DNA of 64,000 nt from assembly GCF_009914755.1 (NCBI RefSeq), contig NC_060947.1; one strand, written 5' to 3'. A program made the position numbers and the translations under genes. The notes below the pieces were generated by a model. That model searched no databases. It had not been told where the DNA came from and saw only the letters and a program-made list of their open reading frames with translations. Shown in pieces: positions 27,602-40,893 of the stretch (position 1 is its first letter; each line of letters opens with the position of its first letter). The DNA comes from the human T2T-CHM13v2.0 reference genome, Homo sapiens.

Positions 27602-30600
27602 GTTGGTATCTACTGATCTGTTTGGGAAGCCATGCTAAGTAACAGAGGGAGGAGATAAGAGTTGGTGATTGTGCACAAGGGACAGGAGGAGGGAGGGGGA
27701 GAATGGACGCAATGTTCTCCATTTGGTCCCTAAGTTTGGGTTTGAGTTCTCTGGTTAAGGCTCTTGGATTTCCATGGGAGACTCAGTACCTAAGCTTCAG
27801 GTAAAAATGACGAAGCCTGACTAAGAGATGGGGAGCTGTCCACTCTTCCTCACTTCTACATGGAACCCAGCAGCAAGCTGGCACACAGAGGACTGGGAAT
27901 TTTGGAGTGCCTGGTGATAGAGACACTGGTATTCTGCTATAGGGAAGGTGTTTGGGTGAAGCTTCGCCAAGTGGCTTTGGAGATGGGGCAGGAGAAGAAG
28001 AACAGGGGGAGTGGCAGTGGGCGTGGCAGCTAACTAGTCTGTGTTACTTGTACAAGAGCTCTCTGGATAGTCCCCCAAATAATGAGTACACTGTTCAGAT
28101 TCTATTGCCATGTGAGGAAGGCAAGTAGGCAGGCATTTGGGTGCCCGACACTTTCTTTTAAACATCTCATTGTAATTTTGAATTTCAAGAGCTTTTCCTC
28201 TAATCTGGATGTCCCAGGAGGGCTGAGAAATATAAGACTATTTCTCCCAGAAATACTCCATGAAACTGATGTGACAGAGGAAAATCCTAATAACAACAAT
28301 TGAATATTCACAGCCTCACATCAGCCCCCAAAAAAGATGGAGTCTTTTTTTATTGAGAGTATAGGGTCTGGCCTTAATTTGTATGATCTCGGTAATGGGT
28401 AGAAAGGTGAACTGAAAAAAAGCCCAGAGAAGAGAGTATGAGCTATATGAGAGCCAAGAGCAACCCCATCCCGGGGAGAAAAGAATAGATCCAGAAAGTA
28501 AGTTGTGGGGCATGGAGTGCTGTGAGAGAGGAAGCTAGGTGGGGAATGGAAAAGGAAGAGAAGGGAGGGAAGAGGAGAACAGGAAGGAAAGAAATTATGC
28601 AAAGGCAGTTCGCTGTGATGAATAGGATTTGGGAGTTCAGACTGTTGAAGATTTTCAGGATGATTTTCTGTGTGTTGTGCAATTTAATTTCACCATAAAG
28701 AAGATAGCAACAAAGATTTAGTTTATTGAATTTGTGTTGGTTTGAATGTGACACCCACTTGGACTGGATAGGAAGTGGCTTAGCTTTACCCAAGTTATAC
28801 AAATGAACTGAGGGAATTAATAAAGATTTGCCAGGATAGAGCTGCTACACTTAGTGGAACTCCTTGTAATGGTTCTCCAAGGGTTGTCTCGCATTTTTAT
28901 TAAACTCTTTGCTATGTTATCTGTTTCTGAGAACCCCAAGAATGTGCTCTTGTTGCAGTTTCCACTTATTGATAGTGTGTACATGCTTCATGATCTCCCT
29001 GAAGGCAAGGTTTGTCCATGCAGATCCAAGGGTCTTAGCAGTCCTTGTGGCAAACAGGATCAATGAGGCCTGTGAGAGTGAATGAATAGATCCTGATAGG
29101 GTCACATCATTAGTTAAAGTGAAAATGAAATCAATGGCCAGGATCTCCCTTAGACACAGTCCAGGGAACACATAGGGGAAAGCACAGTGGGAGCATCTTA
29201 TTAGTGTGAGGATACCATTTCTTAAATTACTTTTGGGTCTCTTGAGGCTCAGTTTTACTCTTTAAAATCTTAAAACTTCATCTGAACCCAATAGAAAGTT
29301 TAGACATTGTTTAATTTAGGTACCACTTTCACTTTTGAATGAAACCTATATATGAGGGGTAATTTAAAAGCTTAAATACATTAGGAAGACCACTTCACAA
29401 AACATAAATGTTGCTCAAAATGTAGTGATTACAAATCCCACGTTACAAAACCACTTCATTCAATACTTCATTCTCTCAAGTCGGTTTCTTATTTCTTTCA
29501 TTCTTCCAATTTCTCATAACAAGATGCTCAAATCCTTCTGCCTCAGTCAGTATTAATTTGATTAAGTAGGATTTTGTTCTTACAGTTGCCAACTCATGAA
29601 CTAATTCATAGTTCCCATTAAAAATATTGGAAACATCTTCATTGTAATCTTTGAATGCTTAGCTGTTACAGACAGTAAGTGTATATAATAATCTGTATGA
29701 ACATATTCCTGGCAGACTACTTTTTTGCCCTTTGCATTTTGACAACTTACAATTCTCACCTCTTCCTGCAGTCAATGCTGCCTTATAGAGAACCTTGTTT
29801 CTCTTATCATAGTCTGTCATCTCAAGCAATGATATCAACAGAGGTCCAAAGAGATGTTGAACAGTGACAATGTACAAATGATGGAGCTTCTCTAGAGGCA
29901 GGATTTTGTTTCTGAAGTACCCCGAAAAGGCCAGATCCAGAAATGAATGGATATAAAAGGACAGATCCCTGGTGGTGATTACAGCACAATAGTTGATTCC
30001 ATACTTCTTTCCCTAATAGAAAGCAAACTGAGAAGGTATTTCCACCATTATTTAGTGTTCAGAGATGGGTTAGATGATGTTGGAGTTACTCAGAGGAAAA
30101 ATTCATGAAGCTAACAGAATTATAGACAAAGTAACTGAGAATCTGAGGTTATGTTCAGGGTTTAAAATCTCCATCTTCTTTTGTAAGTATGTATTTTTAA
30201 AATAGCCGTGAAGGAATGTAATCAACTTCTTATTGTTGGCTTGGTTACTGTTAAGTTATGCCATGTATAAAAGTATAGCTTGTGACAGTGACCTTACAGT
30301 CTACTTTAAATTTATGTTTGATTGTAGCCAAAAAGCTGGGGCAACAAATAATTTGTAATCTTCTGGCTTCTTTCAACAAAGCTTTGAGCGAACCAGTGCA
30401 AAAGCCTAACAGCACATCTGATACTACAGGCTTCAATGAAAAATAAGGGGAAATAATCATAATTGGTTTTTCTTTGGGTATATTCTTCAAAAACGCTGAT
30501 TTAAGAATTAAGTCTGCAATCTGTATGCAATTATATCTTGTGGATACAGCAGATTATTATTTAAGAATGTTTTGTCCTTACTGGACAAAAATAGATAAAG

Positions 30601-30959
30601 CCTGGTTTTCATTACTCTCCCACTTACTACCATTGCATAAATATATTTCAGTTTTACAAAGTGATAATTCACAGCTACAACTCTAGAGTAAGTAACCCTA
30701 AGGTAACCCGGCAAACATGGCAGGATTATATGAGCACAGTGACTGAAATGATACTTTTCCTTCAAGTACAAATAAATTTAAGTAATGGAATAATAGTATC
30801 AATGAGAAAATGATGGTTCTGGTACATTTTAGTGTTCAAAATATAAAAATAATTTTTTCTGCAAAATTGGATTATTAAATCTGAGGACATGGTTATGGTA
30901 CATTGCACATTTTCAGGCTCAAAATAGGTGCCTAGTAAACTCTGACAACCGAAAAATCT

Positions 30960-31022
30960 GTCACCACCATCATCAATATTATCATCATCGCCACCATCAT
31001 CACTACCATCATAACCACCATG
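30960..31022 (+). repeat. Imperfect (CAT/CAC)n
   Basis: tcaccaccatcatc...accatcataaccacca. Confidence 0.75.
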
Positions 31023-31126
31023 AAGCATGAGGCTTTTGGAGAAGAAACCCAGACTTTGAAGCTGGACAAGTCTGGCTATGAGACATCATGACTCTGTGTC
31101 CTTTCAGCTGTATGGTCTCTGCCCAC

Positions 31127-31477
31127 TGATATGGTTTGGCTCTGTGCCCCCACCCAAATCTCATCTTGAATTGTACTCCCGTAATTCCCACGTGTTGTGG
31201 GAGGGACCCCGTGGGAGATAATTTGAATCATGGGGGCGGTTTCCCCCATACTGTTCTCATGGTAGTAAGTCTCACAAGATCTGATGGTTTTATCAGGGGG
31301 TTCCGCTTTTGCATCTTCCTCATTTGCTCTTGCTGCTGCCATGTAGGAAGTGCCTTTCACTTCCCACCATGATTCTGAGGCCTCCCCAGCCATGTGGAAA
31401 TGTAAGTCTAATTAAACCTATTTTTCTTCCCAGTCTTGGGTATGTCTTTATCAGCAGTGTAAAAACGGACTAATACA
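31127..31477 (+). mobile_element. THE1 (THE1A-like) solo LTR
   Basis: tgatatggtttggc...ggactaataca; perfect 5-bp TSD cccac. Confidence 0.95.
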
Positions 31478-31589
31478 CCCACCTAAGGCATGGCTAACCA
31501 CCTATGGGGCACCAGGAATGGCAGATTCCGTCATAACTAAAAAAGCAACTCCTGGCTTGTAATAGTACTTACTGCAATGGCTGAAAGAC

Positions 31590-32350
31590 AGAATGCCCCG
31601 CGACTAGATAGATGTAGGTTGCAAACCTGGCTCCATTGGTTAGGGGCAGTGGTCCTGGGACAAGTTCCCCAACTTCTCCCTAGCCTTAGTTTTTACATTT
31701 ACAAACTCATTATCTTAAATTTGGGTTCCACCAAAAGAAGACCCTGGAGAAGTATGGGGATGCAGGGAGTTTACATAGGAAGTGATCTCAAGAGGTCCAA
31801 GGGAGGAAGTGAAATGTGAGAAGAAGAAAAAAAAGTCAAAAAGTACATAGATGAATAGGTTCCTGCTATGGACAGGTGGGGCTCAATCTTGTAAAGCACT
31901 CTCTGAGAAACCAGAAGGAACACACCTCAGAATCACTCACTAGACAGGAGGGAGCTATGGCATTTTTCTACTTACTTCTGTCCACTATTACTTGAGGGCT
32001 ATTCTCTGAGGCATTAACCCCGCTTGACATTTTCAGGTTGCCGCTATAAACAATAAAGCAAGCTCCTGGGATGCCAGAGGAAGCCCTCAGGCAGAGTTTA
32101 AGAAGGAAGAGAAGCAGGAGAGGCAGCTATGGCAAAGAAGACAATGGCAGGACCTTGCAGTGGCAACCTATCAGCATACCAAAAACTGCACACTGTAAAG
32201 CTGCAGGGAATATCAGGCAGAAGAAAAGTGGAAAGGGCATCAACAGCATCTGCTACATTCAGGACACTACTCACCTTTACAGGAGATTGTGAGGATCAGA
32301 GATAAGAAATATGAAGTGTCTGGTTCATAACAGGGACTCAACAAATGGGA
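31590..32350 (+). mobile_element. MIR split by an LTR16-like element (about 31710-32257, minus)
   Basis: MIR 5' part ends ccttagtttttacatttacaaa and resumes gattgtgaggat; the insert ends caacagcatctgctaca. Confidence 0.6.
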
Positions 32351-32624
32351 GCAATGGTGGCAAAGATGCCCTAGAAGAAAGAGGAGGCTGGGCACTACTA
32401 AATGGAAGAACCTGCCAGTAACCCAGGCTGGCCAACCCAGTGTTCCTCCTCTCCTCTAGGTGTATGCCTCCAGGCGTGTGCAGGTGAGCTGCTCAACACA
32501 GACTGCTTACACTGTTGCTAAATTGTTGGTATGATTTTAGAGGAGGTTTCTGTTGAATTTGCAGAGCAATAAGATAAACCCAGCCTGTGTCATTGAGCTG
32601 CCACGTTCAAGTGTCCATGATGCC

Positions 32625-32880
32625 TTCCATGGGCCTGAGTTACCTTTGTTTCATGGGCCTCTTCCTCCAGTAAAAAAAAAAAAAAAAATACAAAATATGC
32701 TGTATGACCAGATTGGTGTAAAGACAAATACATTAGTATTATACATTAAAACTTTTTATTGGACCTAAAAGGACATCTTTCTTTCTTCTGCATTTAAAAG
32801 AAATTAAAACATTTTCATGGGCCCTTGAAGTACTGTGAGCCCCAGGCACTGTGCCTGCTCTGCCTAATGAGTGAGTCACC
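32625..32880. mobile_element. hAT-Tip100-like relic
   Basis: gagccccaggcactgtgcctgctctgcctaatg end motif; family not firmly assigned. Confidence 0.4.
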
Positions 32881-32889
32881 TCATCTCAC

Positions 32890-33040
32890 ATACACCATTT
32901 CATTTAATTCTTATAGGGACTGTGCAAAGGTGGTTTCTTATCCCCATTTTTCAGGTGAGAAACTGAGGCTGAGAAAGATGAAATGACCCATCCAAATTCA
33001 CACAGCCAATGGCAGAGCCCTGGATTGTTATATGCACTCT
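32890..33040 (-). mobile_element. MIR
   Basis: ccccatttttcaggtgagaaactgaggctgaga. Confidence 0.75.
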
Positions 33041-33179
33041 AAATTCCTCCAGCGGTCATATGGAGGAAGTGCCCATGGTAATGATGCTTGCTGCACTTGC
33101 CAACATCTGAAACATCATAAACATATGTAAATATATACACAAAGAAACATACATACATACACACACAGAAATGTCTTAT

Positions 33180-33700
33180 TTTGTAAACAGATTTATGAAG
33201 GTGTAATTTACATATGATATAATTCACATATGATACATATGATAAAATTCAGAGGTTTTTAGTATTTTCACAGGGTTGTGCCACCATCATCACACTTAAT
33301 TTTAGAATATTTCATCGCCACACAAAGAAATCCCATCTATGTCCATTAGCATTCATGCCCCATCCCCTCCTCCAACCTCTCCCCAGGCCCTGACAACTAC
33401 TAACCTACTTTCTGTCTTTATGGATTTGCCTGTCCTAGGCATTTCATATAAATGGGACCATAGAATATGTGGTCTTTTGTGTTTGGCTTCTTTCACTTCG
33501 TATAATGTTTTCAAAGTTCATCTATGTTGTAGCATATACCAGTACTTCATTTTTACTGCCATATTATATTCCATTTTATGGATGTACCATATTTTATTAA
33601 TCCATTCACAAGTCAACAGACACTTGAGTTGTTTCTATTATTTGACTATTATGGGTATTGCTACTATAAACATTTGTGTGCAACTTTTTGTGTTTTAATT
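33180..33700 (-). mobile_element. L1MB/ME 3' fragment
   Basis: ctactttctgtctttatggatttgcctgtcctaggcatttcatataaatgg. Confidence 0.85.
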
Positions 33701-34957
33701 CTAAATATGCATTAGTTTTAATCAGATTGTTTTCATATAATCCATCTTAGCATAAAGAGGAAAGAGTTCTACAGCTAGGGCTCTAAAACATAACTTTTCT
33801 AACTAATGAAGGGAACAATTACTAAGAACCCATAATAAAAGACACTTTACAAGAGAATAGAAGACCTTGTAGGGAATGAAACACACTCTTAAGAAAAACG
33901 GCAAGAAGCTAGGGCATAATGTGCTTGCTAAAATGGAGTGTAACTACATTTCTGAACACAACAATGAGAAAAAGTTATCCAGCATTCTTTCCCCTTGACT
34001 TAGTGCATGATGAGGAACAAATAGGATTATTTCCATTAGGACAAAAGATGTAGTTGCTAAAGCTTATCTTTCCAAGGAATGAATCACTAGTTGGGATCTA
34101 GTGAAGATCTAATAATTTATATGTCCCTGCCTAATATTCACTCTGCAGCTGAGAAAAAAAATCTTAAAAAACCTTCCAAAGGAAGCGCACAATGAATTTT
34201 TTTCAATTCAAACCAACAAGCAGTAAATCCCCTCTTTACAATAGCCTGTCTCACTCCTTGCCCTTGCATTTCCACTTAAAAGTTTTTCATCCTTCAAGGC
34301 TACTCACTCCATCAAGTTTTCTTGGAGTTCCCCCAAGTTATAACCATTCTTTCTCTCACTCCATATCACTGAGTGCTCAGGGGCACCAGACAACATGCAG
34401 TGACAACTGAGTGACTATAATATGCCAAGCATAGTGGGTGGCACACCCTGGGGACAGAAAAGTACAAAAAAAAAAAAGCCCTCAAAGAATTTAACCTCTT
34501 TTTAAAAAGATGGAGACTAATCAACCAATCAAATAAATTATCAAAAACATTTCATAAACAAAGATACACACACATTCTTGGTTTTAAGTAATAAAAATTC
34601 ACCTCAAATTAGCTTAATCTTCCTAGTGTGATCACTGATAATGTGATCTCAATCTCACAGACCTGGAAGGGCCACATGTACAGCTGGCTTCAGGAGGAAG
34701 TGAAAATCATCATAATTCCACGTGTCTGTTTGCCTGCACATAGCTGAACATAAAGCTGAAATGCATGTTTTAAGTGAGCAGCAACTTCTCTCTTGTTAAA
34801 TACTGTACACCCAACTGCTAGCTTCTGGCACACTGTAGATGTCCAAACTGACTAAGGTCTTCCAATCTCAATTCTAAATTTCAGAAGAGAAAAACCAGGT
34901 TGTCATTTGGGTCAGGTATCCACTTCTGATCTAAACAGCTGTTACCTGGGATGGGAG

Positions 34958-35265
34958 ATACTATAAACGGAATGTTTGTGTACCCCTCAAATTCACATGT
35001 TAAAACCCAGTCCCCGATGTGGTGGTATTTTGAGGTGGAGCCTTTGGAAGGCCCTAGATAGTTCATCTGCCCCTTCTGCCACGTGAGGGCACAGCAAGAA
35101 GACAGTTGTCCATCTGTGAACCAGGAAGTAGACCGTCACCAGATCCCAAACATGCTGACACCCTGATCTTGCACTTCCAGCCTCCAGAACCATAATAAAT
35201 ACATTTCTATTGTTTATAAGCCACCCAGTCAAAGACATTTCTTATATGGCAGCCTGAACTAAGAT
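34958..35265 (+). mobile_element. MLT1A/A0 LTR with internal deletion
   Basis: gaatgtttgtgtacccctcaaattcacatgtt...cttccagcctccagaac...gaactaaga. Confidence 0.85.
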
Positions 35266-35619
35266 GGGAAGAAATAACACTTCTCATAGAGGAGAGGTCT
35301 ATAATAACTCAGCATCCCTAGTGATACAACTCCAGTGTTCTTTCAGTGTTCTTCAGTGTTCTTTCAGTAAGTGGCATTATGATCCAGCTAGTCCTTCTAC
35401 ATTCTCACTCTTAAGTTATCACTCCTTGTTTATGTACCAACCAACTAAGCCTACTAGCTGTAAACTTAGAATAAGGAAAGAACATTGTTTAAACACTAAG
35501 GTTTCCATTATCTAAAATGCCCATAATTTATTGAAATTGAATGGTTTATTCTGGCTGGAAAAATCAGTGATCACTGCCTGTAGCAGATAGCTTCAGAAGC
35601 CAACAATATGATATTATTT

Positions 35620-36100
35620 TCTCTGGGACCTTCCATCTACTAATCTACTCGCTCTATCCCTATTCCAAAGGTTGGCCCATAGCAGCCATATTTGTTCCAT
35701 TATGTGTGACCAAACTTAAGCGTTAACCTGACCCAAGGAGGGTCAATCACACTCTTGCATCTGGGAATTGAGACTGCAAAGCTGAAGAACTGTTAGCGGC
35801 TCTGTGAGGAACAGGGCTCATTTGATATAACCTCTGAGGATAGGCTACCTTTTGGCCACCATGGAAATTGAGAATCTGAGAAGGACAGTGAACAGAGAAA
35901 GATGAATAAAGCAAATACAAAGCAATGAGAGATTCTGGAATGATGCATATATAATTCTAACTTTAGGTTTCAGCCTTTTCTGAGATCTGGCTCCATCTCT
36001 ACTTTTGAGACCCACAGACATTCCCACACACTTTCACAGAGTGTCCTTTAGCTAGTTCAATCAGCTTAGATTACTAGCGACCAGAGCCCTATCTAATATA
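35620..36100 (+). mobile_element. Old MLT1 LTR relic
   Basis: gccaccatgg...ctagttcaatcagc...ccctatctaatata end. Confidence 0.45.
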
Positions 36101-36798
36101 GAAGGTTCTGGGAAGCTCTGACAGAGCTTTTTAACAGTAAATGATAAAGGACAAATGTGGAGTTTTCTCACAGCGTTTCTTCCTTGGCATTCCCTGTCTA
36201 TAATTCAACTATAAATCTTTTGAGTATCAATCCCATCATTCTTCTGGCAATGTAGTTTGTGACCAGGCTGCCATTCTTTGGAAAAGAGAAAATGGACTCA
36301 CACTCTTAGGAAGAGTCAATGGTTGGTGCTGTTTGATAGCTTTGGGCTAAATCCTGACTGTATTCACCCTCTGTCCCCTGCCCACAGGTTCCTGGAAGAG
36401 TTACATGTACAAAGAAAAACAGCAAAACAGAAAACAAGGTTGTACTTTACTTTTAGCTGGGCCTTTTCCCAATAACTCCAGATGAGGCCAAGAACCCTTG
36501 GCAGGAACCAGGAAGGGTTTTGGTCTGCAGACCATCATGGCACCACATCCAGGGCTCCCAGACCACTGGCACAAATGGTCCCTGTGCGGGCACCACCCAC
36601 TTCTCTATATGGCAAATTCAGTAAATAGGACCTTTTCCACGGCCCACCTAGCCACTTCCACCCCAACTCTATCCTCAAGGACCTGCTGGGCAGACATGTG
36701 GCACACAAGCAGGATCACACCCCTATACCTCTCAGAAACTCTTACTCCAGCCTTCTCCCCCAAGTGTTGAGAAAGGGATTGTTTCAGTGTAGCCCCTG

Positions 36799-37184
36799 TG
36801 TATTAGTCCGTTCTCAGGTTGCTATAAAGAACTACCTGAGACTGGGTAATTTACAGAGAAAAGAGGTTTAATTAGCTCACAGTTCCACAGCCTGTACAGG
36901 AAGCATGGCTGAGGAGGCCTCAGGAAACTTACCATTCATGGAGGAAGGTGAAGAGGAAGAGGCACATTCTACATGGCTAGAGCAGGAGAGAGAGAACCAA
37001 GGGGGGAACTGCTACACACTTTCAAACAACCAGATCTCATGAGAACTCACTCACTGTCATGAGAACAGCAAGGGGGAAATCTGCCCCCATGATCCAATCG
37101 CTTTCCACCAGGCCCCTCCTCTAACACTGGGGATTAACAATTCAACATGAGATTTCAGTGTAGACACAGAGCTAAACCATATCA
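36799..37184 (-). mobile_element. MSTA solo LTR
   Basis: tgtattagtcc...aaaccatatca; perfect TSD ccctg. Confidence 0.93.
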
Positions 37185-37271
37185 CCCTGAAACACAGAAT
37201 GACTGTTAAAACATTTTTGAGTCAAGGGAACCAAAGCCAATAACACAGCTCATGAGTGACAAACGTAGCAC

Positions 37272-37508
37272 ATGTATTCTCAACTAGGCAATATCGCCAC
37301 CAAGGGGGTAAAAATCGATTACTGGGAGAGGCGAAGAAAACGTATTATTTTTATGTATAAAGCACAGAAATACACAACACAAACAGATAAATAGGATATC
37401 TGTGCTATGTAAATTTCATGGGTGGAGGCTGGGGAGATTAGAGAAAAAATGTTTTAAAAAGCTTCCTTGAGGGGGCAATAATGAAAAAAAAAAGGTGGAG
37501 ACACATTA
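37272..37508. mobile_element. MER106-like hAT MITE
   Basis: tattctcaac...gggggcaataatgaaaaaaaaaaggtggagacac. Confidence 0.55.
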
Positions 37509-38488
37509 GAGCCTATAGTGGATGCTGTGGTGCTGCCACAGACCCTTACTGCTGGTGGACCCATTCCCAGTTGCTAAGAACTCCTAGCTTACTCCTTCTC
37601 CCAAGAATTGGCCTTTGCAAAAGGGGACCCACCTTTCTTAGGGAGGCTATACTCCTATGTTCTCCTTTTCTCTCTCTTTCCTTCATGCTATGCTCCATTT
37701 CCCAAAATGTCAAACCAGTCCATGCACTTTTTCATTCTGCACCTTTCTCAGGCCTTTCTCTGACCTTCCTGTAAACGTCATTTTGCAACCTTCTCTTTGC
37801 ATTCTCCTGACTCTTTTCCAAGCACCACTTCCATCCAAATACTTTCCATTAATGTCTATGCCTTTTCTCCTACTACTCTTGCAAGCACTCTGAGGGATAG
37901 AATCTTGTCTCATTCTTTTTTCTACTCCCAGGAACTAGCACTATTCCTAACAGGAATGGGTGTTCAATAATTGTTGGGTCAAACAAAGTAATTTGCAGAA
38001 TATCTCTGCAAGTTCCTTAGGCAGGTGTACCCTATCAGAGCTGAGAAGGCCACAGAACAACTCCCAGTTATTTCAAATTTGATCAACTCATTGAAAAGAC
38101 CCAGTTCTACTTATTTCTGTACTCCCATGAGCACCCACAGACAGGAAAACAAAACACCTAAAACATCTTGTCTACACTGTAGTCCAATCATTATAAATAG
38201 GGCATTAAAAAATAAGTTAAATATTATGAGAAAATACATCAGTACTGAAATAGCTGTACTTACATTCAAGTGCTGAACATAAACAAATAAAGACAATGCT
38301 GAGTTTGTCTTACAGAGTATCTACAGTTTACAGAGCTGTTTTATCTACACTGTCTCTTTTGAGGCTCAAGCAGCCTAGATAATACTTTTCCCATTGTAAA
38401 GAGGATGAAACTATGTTAACAATTTAAAGTGGCTCCTCTTTCAAGGTCACAGTAATGTATGGAGAACAGAATTCAAAACCAACCCTTC

Positions 38489-39238
38489 TGCTATGGCTTG
38501 GATATAGTTTCTTTATCCCTGCCAAATCTCATGTTGAAATTTGGCCCACAGTGTAGCAGTGTTGGAGGAGAAGCGTAGAGAGAGGTGCCTGGGACATGGG
38601 GGCAGGTTCCTCATGAATGGCTTGGTGCTGTTCTCACTCTAGTGACAGCAGATTAGTTCTCAAGGGAATGGATTATTTCTGGCAAGAATGGATTGTTATA
38701 ACTAGTATACCCTGGGTTTGGTCCCCCTTCCCAAGTGACTGATTCCTCCTTTGACCCTCTCCAAAATGTTTTGGCACAGCACAAAAGCCCTTGCCAGTAA
38801 CCAAGCAGATGCCAGTGCCATGCTTCTTGTACAGCCTGCAGAACCATGAGCCAAATAAACCTCTTTTTTCTTTTTCTTTTTTTCTTGAGATGGAGTCTTG
38901 TTCTGTTGCCCATGCTGGAGTGCAATGGTGTGATCTCAGCTCACTGCAACCTCTACCTCCCAGTTCAAGCAATTCTTCTGCCTCAGCCTCCCAAGTAGCT
39001 GGGATTACAGGTGCCCACCACCATGCCCAGCTAATTTTTTTGTATTTTTAGTACAGACGGGTTTTCACCATGTTGGCCAGGCTAGTTTCAAACTGCTGAC
39101 CTCAAGTGATCTGCCTACCTCAGCCTCGCAAAGTGCTAGGATTACAGGTGTGAGCAACTCCGCCCAGCCAACCTCTTTTCTTAATAAACTACCAAGCCTC
39201 AAGCATTCCTTCATAGCAACACAAAACAGACTAACACA
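38489..39238 (+). mobile_element. MSTB-type solo LTR interrupted by an Alu
   Basis: tgctatggcttggat...cagactaacaca; TSD ccttc/ctttc. Confidence 0.88.
38868..39169 (-). mobile_element. AluS nested in the MST LTR
   Basis: TSD aacctctttt on both sides. Confidence 0.95.
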
Positions 39239-39254
39239 CTTTCTATGTTTAGCC

Positions 39255-39467
39255 TAGTAGTTCTCAGCTAGGCACAATTTTGCCACCCAGGGGACATTTG
39301 GCAATATTTGGAGACTTTTTTGGTTGTCACAACTGGAGGGTTGCTCCTGGAATCTAGTGGTAGAGGCCAGAGATATTGCTAAACATCCCACAATACAAAG
39401 GACAGCTTCCCACAACCAAAAACTACCTGGTCTAGAATGTCAATACTGCCAGTGTTGAGAAACCCGG
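39255..39467 (+). mobile_element. MER20
   Basis: ggggacatttggcaat...gtagaggccag...ttgagaaaccc. Confidence 0.88.
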
Positions 39468-39563
39468 GTCTTATTCAATGTCTTAGCCATCATATCACAT
39501 TCTTTTGAGTAGACAATATAACTCTTAAATGGGTGTGGAGCTATAAAAACCTTGGCTACAGAG

Positions 39564-39881
39564 TTGTGCTTTCCAAAGTTAGAGCCATGAACCACATGCA
39601 GCTATTGAGCACATGAAATGTGTCTAATCCATATGGAGATATGCTGTAGGTGTAAAATACATTCTGGGTTTTGAAGACAGTATAAAACAAAGAATATCAA
39701 TAGCTCATTGATATTTTTATATTGACTGCATGTTGATATAATATTTTGGATCTACTGAATTAAATAAAATATATAATTAACATGAATTTCACCTATGTTT
39801 TAAATATGTCTACTAGAACATTTGAATTTCCAGATGTGGCTTGCATTTGTAGCTTACATTATATTTCTATGACCATTGGTG
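39564..39881. mobile_element. MER33-like (hAT-Charlie)
   Basis: ccacatgcagctattgagcacatgaaatgtg...; TSD-like ctacagag/ctatagag. Confidence 0.75.
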
Positions 39882-39997
39882 CTATAGAGATTGCTGCTAT
39901 AGAAAATACATAGTTTAAATAGTATGTGTCATATTCATCATGCAAAGTAGCATGAGTACAGGCTATTTCAAAATAGTCTCCCAATTTCATACGCATT

Positions 39998-40893
39998 TGT
40001 GATAGGCAAAATAACCCCCTGCCAAAGATTTCCACTAAACCTTTGATTGTGTTACTTTACATGGCAAAAGCAACTCTGAAGATGTGATTAAGTTAAGGAC
40101 CTTGAAATGAGGGATAATCCTGGATTATCTAGGTAGGCTCAATATAATTGTCATGGTTGATGATTATCTGAAGCCAGTGCACTGGTGGTAAAGGAATTTA
40201 CCAAGATAGTAATGAGTTTAGAAAGGCAGATTTATTTAGAGGAGAAGGGGAGATACATTGCAAGACAGCAGAAAGAAGGCTGTCTGCTATCTGCAGAGTC
40301 AGGGGCTGGAAGGGGAGTTTTATAAGGTCGTGCTGCTTGAGCTGAATGCTTGCAGACAGAATGCTTGAATGCAGGTGGGCCATGAGCTGAATGCTCGTAA
40401 CAGGATGCTATGGGTGCCAGTGAGCCTTTTGTGGTTGACCCCATTTCTCAAAACATTTGCTCCCCTTATCTATTTCTGTTCCTGCCAGGTAAGCCCATTT
40501 TCTAATTTTCTTTTTACTCCTTAGGGTTTCACAATAATCACAAGAGTATTTATAAGGGAAAGAGGGAGGCAGGAGAGCAAGAAGGAAATGTGATAACAGA
40601 AGCATTGTCAGAGAGAAAATAGAAGAAGTTATACTGCTGGCTTTGAAAATGGAGGAAGGGGCCACAAACTAAGGAATGCAGGCAGCTTCTGTAATAGAAG
40701 CTGGAATAGACAGTGGAACAACTTCTTCCCTAGACCCTCCAGAATAAACGAAGTACTGCAAACACCTTAGCTTTAGCCCAGTGAAATCCATTTTAGACAT
40801 CTGATCTCCAGAACTGTAAGATAACAAATTTGTGCTGTTCCAAGCCACTAAGTTTGCAGTAATTTGTAACAGCAGCAACAGGAAATTAATACA
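39998..40893 (+). mobile_element. MLT1C/D LTR interrupted by another LTR
   Basis: gatgtgattaagttaaggaccttgaaat...agcagcaacaggaaattaataca. Confidence 0.88.
40149..40533. mobile_element. Solo LTR (family unassigned) nested in MLT1
   Basis: TG...CA termini with TSD ataat (40144-40148 and 40534-40538) splitting the MLT1 motif. Confidence 0.75.
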
